In this document: positions 54,018 to 64,000 of the stretch, one piece after another
How the letters are laid out: each line of letters opens with the position of its first letter
Position numbering within the stretch: position 1 is the first letter of the stretch
Source: Macrostomum lignano
Lineage: Eukaryota
NCBI GenBank assembly: GCA_002269645.1
Contig: NIVC01001954.1
Location: forward strand, 124,001 to 188,000
Reading direction: 5' to 3'
DNA length: 64,000 nt
Program-made: the position numbers and the translations under genes
Notes under the pieces: generated by a model
What the model was told of the DNA's origin: nothing
Seen by the model: only the letters and a program-made list of their open reading frames with translations
The model's database searches: none

Positions 54018-55845
54018 GATCTCACCCACTTCATTAGCATTGGATCTATCGGTCTCACCCACTTCATTAGCATTAGATCTATCGGTCTCACCCACTTCAA
54101 TAGCATTAGATCTATCGGTCTCACCCACTTCATTAGCATTAGATCTATCGGTCTCACCCACTTCAATAGCATTAGATCTATCGGTCTCACCCACTTCAAT
54201 AGCATTGGATGAATCGGTCTCACCCACTTCATTAGCATTAGATCTATCGGTCTCACCCACTTCAATAGCATTAGATCTATCGGTCTCACCCACTTCAATA
54301 GCATTAGATGAATCGGTCTCACCCACTTCAATAGCATTAGATCTATCGGTCTCACCCACTTCAATAGCATTGGATGAATCGGTCTCACCCACTTCAATAG
54401 CATTAGATCTATCGGTCTCACCCACTTCATTAGCATTAGATCTATCGGTCTCACCCACTTCAATAGCATTAGATCTATCGGTCTCACCCACTTCAATAGC
54501 ATTAGATGAATCGGTCTCACCCACTTCAATAGCATTAGATCTATCGGTCTCACCCACTTCAATAGCATTGGATGAATCGGTCTCACCCACTTCAATAGCA
54601 TTAGATCTATCGGTCTCACCCACTTCAATAGCATTAGATCTATCGGTCTCACCCACTTCAATAGCATTGGATGAATCGGTCTCACCCACTTCCATACCAT
54701 TAGATCTATCGGTCTCACCCACTTCATTAGCATTGGATCTATCGGTCTCACCCACTTCAATAGCATTAGATCTATCGGTCTCACCCACTTCAATAGCATT
54801 AGATCTATCGGTCTCACCCACTTCATTAGCATTAGATCTATCGGTCTCACCCACTTCAATAGCATTAGATCTATCGGTCTCACCCACTTCAATAGCATTA
54901 GATGAATCGGTCTCACCCACTTCATTAGCATTAGATCTATCGGTCTCACCCACTTCATTAGCATTAGATCTATCGGTCTCACCCACTTCATTAGCATTGG
55001 ATCTATCGGTCTCACCCACTTCATTAGCATTGGATCTATCGGTCCCACCCACTTCATTAGCATTAGATCTATCGGTCTCACCCACTTCATTAGCATTAGA
55101 TCTATCGGTCCCACCCACTTCATTAGCATTAGATCTATCGGTCTCACCCACTTCATTAGCATTGGATCTATCGGTCTCACCCACTTCATTAGCATTAGAT
55201 CTATCGGTCTCACCCACTTCCATACCATTAGATCTATCGGTCTCACCCACTTCAATAGTATTGGATCTATCGGTCTCACCCACTTCAATAGCATTAGATC
55301 TATCGGTCTCACCCACTTCATTAGCATTAGATCTATCGGTCTCACCCACTTCAATAGCATTGGATGAATCGGTCTCACCCACTTCAATAGCATTAGATCT
55401 ATCGGTCTCACCCCCTAAAATAGCATTGGATCTATCGGTCTCACCCACTTCATTAGCATTAGATCTATCGGTCTCACCCACTTCAATAGCATTGGATGAA
55501 TCGGTCTCACCCACTTCAATAGCATTAGATCTATCGGTCTCACCCCCTAAAATAGCATTGGATCTATCGGTCTCACCCACTTCATTAGCATTGGATCTAT
55601 CGGTCTCACCCACTTAATTAGCATTGGATGAATCGGTCTCACCCACTTCAATAGCATTAGATCTATCGGTCTCACCCACTTCATTAGCATTAGATCTATC
55701 GGTCTCACCCACTTCATTAGCATTAGATCTATCGGTCTCACCCACTTCATTAGCATTAGATCTATCGGTCTCACCCACTTCCATACCATTAGATCTATCG
55801 GTCTCACCATACATACATACCATTGGATCTATTGGTCTCACCTTA
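54018..55845. repeat. 33-bp minisatellite
   Basis: Unit ATCTATCGGTCTCACCCACTTCATTAGCATTAG. Confidence 0.96.
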
Positions 55846-56526
55846 CTTCATAACTCTTATTCACTTACATTCATAGACTAGAGTCCTATCAAATTATCTA
55901 GACTAGAGAACACTGCCAAACAATGTCCCAAGTCCAGGGGCCTCAAGTGGTCAGGCAGAGTCAAAAGCAAGAGTTGTAAATTTTTGGATCAGCATAGCGA
56001 CTTCGCACAATTGCGGGCCAAGTTGAGCTGAGCACTTGGGCACAGATAAGGCCGAGTAGTGTTTAGTAAAGTCGGACGAAAGGGCAGAGAGCAAGAGGGA
56101 GGGAGGGCTTGCAGCAGTGCAGTGGCAGCGGAAGTGTCGCAGAGCGCGCAGACACAAGCTTACTACCCTCTCTACTGTGCTCTACTCATACGCCCATAAA
56201 GATAGCACCGAACCAACTCAAAAAAAGTTAATCTATAGGCATTCCAGTTCCGCACTTCCGCTCCATACGAAAATATATAATCTACCGCCGCCCAATACCC
56301 GATCAACCACAGCCTGCGAATTCGAATTTCGAGTCAGCAGAAATAGTTTGAATCGATAGATAGAGAGAGGGACAGAGAGGGGAGATCGAGATAAAAAGGA
56401 AATAAAAAGTTTTTCGACCGGAGCGAACTGTGTTTTTTTCAGCTGCTAATTAAAACGTTGAGTTGCGTAGATAAAAACACTGGGGGGGGGGGAGACTTCG
56501 CGTGCGATTGTCAGCAAATTGATTCG

Positions 56527-56528
<2 letters not shown>

Positions 56529-56585
<57 letters not shown>
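56529..56585. repeat. (CT)n microsatellite
   Basis: Visible run. Confidence 0.95.
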
Positions 56586-56587
<2 letters not shown>

Positions 56588-58783
56588 CGATTCGAACTCG
56601 GGAAGAAAGAGCTAGTCGAAAATTTTTGCATTTAGCCTATTAACAAGGCAAGTATTTGCGTTTTAGCACGCGACGAGGTCAGGCTAAAGGCAGCCAGAAA
56701 TAGATTGGGATTGACTGGACCGACCTAATCCCAATGTAACTATAATATTATATACTGACCGGCCTAACGCACTAAGCGATTTTGAGGCGCTACTTTTCGC
56801 AGTCTTGCATCTGTAGATAAAACTGCATTACTAAATAAAAGCTTATGATTTGTGCTCCAGATCAATGAAAAAGGAAAAAAAGTAAATAAAAAACAACTGA
56901 CTTCTATACTTGGCTTTGTCAAATGTGTCATTTGCATGTAAAAATTGTGTCAGTGGCTTGTAAAATGGTGCCAATTTCTTCAATTTGAGTGTCAAGAACT
57001 TAAAACTGGATGTCATTGTCCCCGAAATGGGTGTCATAGCCACTCATAGGCTTTGATTTGAGTGTCAGAGGTAAAATGGTGCCAATTTCTTCAATTTGAG
57101 TGTCAAGAACTTAAACTGGAACTGGAACTTAAAACTAAGAGTGAATACAATATCAGCAGTACTAAGTAAGTAATACTGGACATTGGAAAATCAGAGGAAC
57201 CGAGTCCGGGACCTCCACACCCCTCTGGAGGTCTTGAGGGGTAGGGCAGAGCAGCTCAGCGAGGCCTATACTCCGTGCGCAGCCAAATTAATTTGGGGCC
57301 TGTGTTCACGAAAATAAGCCAGGGGGGGGGGTTGTCGTGCGATTAACAGCCACGAGGGTCAACCCCCATGGCGCAGAGAGTGTACATGCTTGTGTTTGAG
57401 TGCGTGCCTGTGTACAAGGTGCTGACGCGCTCAGGAGCCAGCGGAATGGGCAAGAACTGCCTCGCCGCTGATCACGCTGGACGAAGTCAGTGGTCACCGA
57501 AGGCGTTGCGCCAGGGCACCCACAACCCTTCCTGACAACGATAGTTGTAAAATGGAAAGTTGCAGCCGAACAAAAAGATAATCCAATCTACTGTGAGTTA
57601 AGCGAAAGCAGTCCTAGACTCAATTCGGTGGCAGTAATTGGGCAGCGATACCGACAGGCACAGCTACTGAACACAGAAGCTTCAATAGCGCTGGGGTAGA
57701 CCCGAGGAGGCAAGCAGGCCGAGGAGAAAAGGGCAGCACAGCGGGATGCATACACAATGCAAAGAGAGAACTATTAGAGAAATTACTACTAGAGAAACTG
57801 CGACGAGGGCACGAGTAGTTTAAGTAGCTGAGAGTGTAAAAGCGTGTGAAAAAATAGTTGGAAGGTGAATAGGATGGAACAGTTCTGTCAGGTTAGACTA
57901 ACTGACGATTTAATGTTGCAAAGCATTTGGTTTTTTGAGTTATAAATAGCTTAAAATGCATTGACAAATGAACTAACAATTATTTCTTTATTAATTAACA
58001 ATTACAATGCAATGTCCAAGCCTTATGAATTTAGACACACAGATCCAAAAACATCAACTAGAAATTTGGACCCCTAGCACTATTCATAAACTCACCATTT
58101 CCTAATATGTTTTAGGCTTTATCTATTCACTAAAACAGTAATACATGGTTCCTGGTGTTAAATAACCTATGGTGCCCATTCAGGAAATCCCTTTAACTAC
58201 TTTGAGACATCTTAGAGTGACCTTAAATACCCTTAGTACCCAGTACTTAAGAGAGATCTAGATGTACTTTTACTAGTAGCAGACAAAAAGCAAGGAATGT
58301 TCATTAGATGCATTTAGATATTGGGGCTTTGCTATTATTTAGTGAAAGTCTATATAGATATGTATATAAGTTGTATAATAACACATTTTAGAAAAGTTTG
58401 CTTATAGTATTAACAAACTACATTTTGCAGCATAGTTAAACAATTTTTGGTTAAACAAACAAAAAAAGATTTTTTATTAGGTAATTTAGGTAAAAATTAT
58501 TAGGAAAAATAGTTTTCTAAGCTTGACAACTATAAACAACTATGTTTAAAAAACACTAATAAAATATAAAAATACATGATTAATTTATACAGTAAGAATT
58601 CTATTTCAAAGATTTTTTATAGAAAAATGATAAGAAATAAAATTCTAATATTTAAATCATATTAAAATCAAAAAGGTATAGCATTAATCTCTAATCCCAA
58701 ATGGTCCTTTAATACTAGTTTGCTATTATTTACTATGTGCAATATAGTTTGTTTCTAGAACTATTGATTATTTTTTTATATCG

Positions 58784-59059
58784 AGGCAGAAGGCCTTTTT
58801 ATTTCAATAGATGGAATGGCAGCAAAGATTTTGCGCTGTTTTGCATGTATATTTATATTTAAACAAACAGCGCAATATTGAGGGCCTAGGGAGGTGCGAA
58901 AAGGTGGCGTGATGTGATAGGCTATGCCGACCCCCCCCCCAGCTTAGCGAGCTGGCTAGCTTGGTGCGCACCCACCCCACCTCAGCTAGACAGAGGTTGG
59001 GAGGGGTATTCCAGTGCGGCTGCACTGGTGCTGCCAGTTGCGTAGTCTGGCCACCACAC
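58784..59059 (+). repeat. Direct repeat copy 1 (~275 bp)
   Basis: Aligns by eye with 61205-61478 (AGGCAGAAGGCCTTTTT...GCACTGGTGCTGCCAGT), roughly 80% identical. Confidence 0.8.
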
Positions 59060-60583
59060 GGGATAGCGACGTTTGCCTGCGGGACGTTTGCCAGCCGACG
59101 TTTGCCTGCGGGACGTTTGCCAGCCGACATTTGCCAGCCGACATTTGCCAGCCGACATTTGCCAGTGGGACGTTTGCCAGCCGAAGTTTGCCTGCCGGAC
59201 GTTTGCCAGCCGACGTTTGCCTGCGGGACGTTTGCCAGCCGACATTTGCCAGCCGACGTTTGCCAGCCGACGTTTGCCAGCGGGACGTTTGCCAGCCGAA
59301 GTTTGCCAGCCGACGTTTGCCTGCCGGAAGTTTGCCAGCCAAAATTTGCTAGCCAATATAAAGCCAGTCAGTGAAAAATTTGATACTGAAACATTCGCAG
59401 TTTAGCGGTTTGACAAAAACTGTTTTTACTCCAACTTTTTGACGGTTATTCGCATGTATACAAGTTTGAAAGCAAAATATATAAATTATGCAGTCCATCA
59501 GTCTAACGTCTAATATCTAGTTTAACAACGATTTTGGCACAACATATCAAAAGATGAACATTGGGTTTGCCTCGTATGAAAGCAATAACAATTGTTGTGC
59601 TGAAAAGATGAAAACTTCCTATCTCCCTATGGCCTTCAAAACATTTTTCATAGATTTCGAGTGCTGCGTACTTCTACTTTAGTAGTCCTTGGCATGACTA
59701 AGCTTTGCATACGTAGTGTCTAGCACTTGCTATTCTACTAGCTTGCTACTGGCGGCTTGTCTGGCTATTCAGCTATATAGCTTACTATAAAAACGTACCG
59801 CATTCGACTCGTCTACACATGTACGTTGAGATCGCGGTCTCCTGGCTTACTTGAGTAGTAATACAACAGCATTGGAATCAATTTGCTTACTTTTAGATCT
59901 CCCAATGAACTGAGAAATATATGAGCCAGAATTACCGCTCAGCAGCTCTTTTTGTTTGCTTCATACCTTAAATCGCTGGAGATTCCCGTTTTAATCTGCG
60001 CGTCTTCTTTCGCACATCAAAAATCAAACATCTCAAACTGGGAAAAACGATACACAATTGTCAAAAGTAAACAATATTTTCACATTCAAAGAAAATCGTT
60101 GTTGAACTGGATGTTGGATGTAAATCTATATAAATTGCATAATTTATATAGATTTTGCATAAATTTCATAATTTATAGATTTTGCTTTCAAACTTGTATA
60201 TATGCGAATAACCGTCAAAAAGTTGGAGTAAAAACGGTTTTTGTCGAAACGCTAAACTGCGAATGTTTCAGTATCAAATTTTTCACTGACTGGCTTTATA
60301 TTGGCTAGCAAATTTTGGCTGGCAAACGTCGGCTGGCAAACGTCGGCTGGCAAACGTCCGGCAGGCAAACGTCGGCTGGCAAATGTCGGCTGGCAAACGT
60401 CCGACTGGCAAACGCCGGCTGGCAAACGTCCCGCAGGCAAACGTCCGGCAGGCAAACTTCGGCTGGCAAACGTCCCGCTGGCAAACGTCGGCTGGCAAAC
60501 GTCGGCTGGCAAATGTCGGCTGGCAAACGTCCCGCAGGCAAACGTCGGCTGGCAAACGTCCCGCAGGCAAACGTCGTAGACCC
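59060..60583. mobile_element. Foldback-type non-autonomous Mutator-like element (1524 bp)
   Basis: Inverted arms of ~430 bp (59060-~59490 and ~60170-60583), each made of tandem 14-bp GGCTGGCAAACGTC units plus ~150 bp unique sequence; GGG...CCC ends; perfect 9-bp TSD CCACCACAC at 59051-59059 and 60584-60592; no transposase ORF inside. Confidence 0.88.
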
Positions 60584-60674
60584 CCACCACACAGCTTCCC
60601 CTAGCACCGAGCTAAGCCCCGAATGTCGGTTGATAGCTAAGGCAGCGAGAGTGCCAAGGAGCGGGCACTAAAAT

Positions 60675-60820
60675 CAGCTGGGCGCCAAAGGCAGCAAGGC
60701 ACTGAAGATGGCAGGGCGCCAAAGATGGCAGGGGCACCAAAGGCAGAAGGGTGCAAGACGGGCACCAAAGATGGCAGGGGCACCAAAGGCAGTAGGGCAC
60801 CAGGTGGGCGCCAAAGGCAG
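60675..60820. repeat. ~18-bp degenerate tandem repeat
   Basis: GGCACCAAAGATGGCAGG-like units. Confidence 0.7.
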
Positions 60821-61204
60821 CAGGAGCGCAGCCCGACCACACCCAAGACAATCGACAGTCAGTTGCCACTGTGAGCCGGGTCGATGCTCCTGCACAGAGG
60901 CTAGGGACATTAAGCTAGCAACAGCGGTGCAGTGCTAGCCTAGAATGAGCTGCAGCGTGTGGCGGTGGTTGGTCCAATGTGGGGGCCAAAGGCGAGACCA
61001 TAGGAGCTACTGGGGGGCAGGCTGACTGGGCCGATTTGTGCTGCAGGGTATTGCTGTGGCTGCTGGGCTGCGGTGCTACTGGGCTGCAGTGCTGCTAGGC
61101 TGTGGTGCTGCTGGTGCAATCAGCCAAGGTGGTTGGCTGCCGGGACTGCACAGGGCCAACCAGGTAGGCCCAGCATTCCATGCTGGGCATCAGGTTTACC
61201 AATT

Positions 61205-61478
61205 AGGCAGAAGGCCTTTTTATTTCAATAGATGGAATGGCAATGAAGATTTTGCCCTGCTTTGCGCATATATTTATATTTACAAAAACAGCACAATATT
61301 GAGGGGCCTAGGGAGTTGCAAAAAGGTGACGTGGCAATATAGGCTATGCCACCCCCCTTGGCTTAGCAAGCCGGCTAGCTTGGTGTGCACCTATCCCACT
61401 TCAGCTAGACAGAGATTGGAGGGGGGTGTTCCAATGCAGCTGCACTGGTGCTGCCAGTCACATAGTCTAGCTGCCACA
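61205..61478 (+). repeat. Direct repeat copy 2 (~275 bp)
   Basis: Diverged copy of 58784-59059. Confidence 0.8.
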
Positions 61479-63688
61479 ATATTTTATTATATACTATACT
61501 ATTATTTTTCTTTTATATAATGCATTATAATCTTTTTAATATTACATTATAATATATTTAGAATAAAATGGAATGTAAGTATTAATCATGATTACTTATT
61601 AGCAAGTGACTAAATTTTATAACAAATAAAAATTTTATAGGTCTAAAGGGTCTTGACCAGAGACCTTATGCCATAACCCTTAATTGGCTTATAGCCAATA
61701 CGAGTATAGTTATAAGTATAATATAATTATCCAAAATATAGCTCCCTCTATAAAGTAGAAAGTTTGATATATATAATATTTTGATATTGATATAGTATAT
61801 ATTTTTTCATAGATAACTATATAGAGCATATATATTTGATAGATTTTCTAAATTGGTTAAAATAGCAATATGCATTAAAATAAAAAAGTTAAATAAGCAA
61901 AAGTATACTTTATCCCTTTCTTACTTGAATATAAGAGCCATTAAAAGGGTACTCTATAATAAATTTTCTCTATTAACATTGTAACAAAAATTCATTTTGA
62001 TTTAAGCTATTTTGATGATATTTTTATATAATGTCAAAGGTGTATAGTATCTTATTTTCATATTTAAAAGTCTAATACACTCTATTTAAAGCATTTATTT
62101 TAAGGGCATAGATACAACATTCAATAAAGGCAGTTTTTATTATCATGGTGACTGTATAAGTAACAAAATGGTTATTTTTATAGTTAATGCATAAGACACT
62201 ATCTGGGCCTATGGTCTTTACTTAATATAGGCCTAACTGTATAAATAGCAAAACTGTTATTTTTATGGTTACCACAGGTAGGAAGCAAAATGGCTATTTC
62301 TACAGTCATGTGGAAGAAATTTCAGTTAAATTACAATGTAATAGTTAACAATTACCTAAAGTAAGCTACCATGACAAGAACTACTAAAAGTTACTATCAT
62401 ATTTATTAATGCCATTTCTTTATTTTAAAAAATTAACCATCATATTTTTTGCATAGCAAGTTTGTCACTTCATTTAGGTGGTATTTGTTTAAGTGTTAAC
62501 TGTAAAAATAACTGTCTTGCTATTTATATGGTCACTGTAACAATAACAACTGCCTTCAATAAAATAAATACACTAAAATGCAAACTAAAACCAATTATAG
62601 TATATAATCCATTTATTTATTTATTTACAGTTTATATTACTGTATCAAAGTTTATTTAATTGTAGATCTAGTTGTTAGCTAAAATAAAAGTTGCTTGCTA
62701 GAAAGTTCCTACTTGCTAGTAACTGAAACTTCCAAGCTAGAAAGTTCAAAAGTTATTAGCAAAGAATTTTGGTTTCTCCTCAGAAACAAAGGGTAATAAT
62801 TATATGACTGGCAGTTCACCACTAAAATAAATAATTTATCATAATTAATTTTGAGTTTTGATTACGCCACTGGCAATTTGGCATCAGGCCATCATGGTGC
62901 TCTCAGATCAGCAAAGAATAATTTATTAACAAAATCAATTAAAAAGAGCCCAAACGACTAAGTAATTAAGACATTCTAAAAATAATAATACAGTTACAAT
63001 CATGATGCTGCATGACAAAATTTAAGTTCTCACTATATTATGGTATTTTGTTGTGTTGTGTACCTGTGGTTGTCGGTCCAGTAAGACTCGAGTCGAGACT
63101 ATAATATAAATTGACGAAGCGACAGTAACTTGAATTAGCATTAAAAGTTAATTTCATTGAAAGCAACTAGCTAAACAAATTGTTTAAGACGCCTGTAATA
63201 AACATGTTTAAGCTGTTTAAGTTTTTTATGTTATAGTTTTTTAAAGCTTACTCAAGCCTTTTGCTTATGTTTATATTTTAAGTAAGTTATCTATGCAGTA
63301 CTATTTCGTTTTTTTAACTCCTAATCTTTTCGTACGTTTAAATAGTTTAGGCCTTAGTTAGTCTATGCCGGCCACTCAGTCTCAACGCCTCATTACCCTC
63401 ATATATGGGGTTGTCTTTAAGCCTGTGGCTTGTTTGTGGTCGTAACCTGAAGTTACACTATTTTGATACATTCGAATATTCTACTACTTAAGACATTATC
63501 TATAATTAATGACTATATGCCTATTATTACAACTAACTAGATCTCAGATTCTCAGTATCTGTTCTATTTATTCTGGTATTTATTCTAGGCGTCTTATTAT
63601 TAAAAATCTTGTTTCGTTTCGTGTCTGGGCTGCTGTGCACTGGGACTATACCTCGTGTCCTCGTCATCTCGAACCCAGCATGCCATTT

Positions 63689-63805
63689 GGGTTCCTGGAC
63701 ACTTCGTCATCTTACCACTTCGTCATCCACTCTTATTGTTGGACACTTCGTCATCTTACCACTTCGTCATCCACATTACTAATGTGGACACTTCGTCATC
63801 CACTT
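63689..63805. mobile_element. Possible left arm of another Mutator/foldback-like element
   Basis: Starts with GGG, then tandem ACTTCGTCATC motifs resembling the AATTCGTCAA motifs of the 1992-2699 element; no right arm or TSD inside the window. Confidence 0.35.
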
Positions 63806-64000
63806 TTTGTATGAAAAACTTTGTTATATGTAATGTCATGTATGTATACATGTTACATATACTCATATATGCAATTATATACTCGTAACTATATAACTAT
63901 ATAAAGATAAAGATTAAACATTATACATGTATATGTATCTACATATAATCGCCCTTCTCCTTTCACATTCTGGGCTTGAGACCAGACAATGGCGAAGTTC

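Noticed and set aside
54002-55881. GETDRSNAIEV-repeat ORFs (533 aa and others), possible adhesive or antifreeze-like protein
   Set aside because: 33-bp satellite open in three frames, with no signal peptide or unique flanking coding sequence.
59064-60579. Apparent 3-bp TAG TSD for the foldback element (Harbinger/Academ-like)
   Set aside because: A perfect 9-bp TSD with symmetric GGG/CCC ends lies 7 nt further out and explains the boundaries better.

Overview
Eukaryotic genomic DNA: GC-rich GT-AG exons whose introns are packed with 14-50 bp minisatellites. This style suggests a metazoan such as the flatworm Macrostomum, but that is an inference and the taxon cannot be proven from the window. 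Four spliced genes can be rebuilt by hand with consistent exon phases. (1) A divergent type IIA topoisomerase (+, 9 exons, ~1276 aa) with catalytic motifs retained, no C-terminal regulatory tail and an Arg-rich, acid-free N-terminal leader resembling a mitochondrial presequence. (2) CTDSPL2/SCP4 phosphatase (+, 4 exons, ~476 aa). (3) A receptor-type PTP pseudophosphatase with an IA-2-like layout (-, 2 exons, ~535 aa). (4) A PPP1R16/MYPT3-TIMAP PP1 regulatory subunit ending in a CaaX box (-, 7 exons, ~585 aa, one probable GC-AG intron). Mobile DNA: the 5' part of a LINE-type ORF1 running off the left edge, two hAT MITEs with perfect 8-bp TSDs, two Mutator-like elements with 9-bp TSDs (one foldback-type) and a decayed D,D34D mariner. 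About 30 tandem arrays account for nearly all the long ORFs in the supplied track, which are artefacts. Best lead: a possible dedicated mitochondrial Top2 paralog with strikingly evenly sized exons. Secondary leads: minisatellites that appear to be seeded from transposon or dispersed repeats, and sharply bounded CpG-free blocks. All splice models are manual predictions without RNA support.
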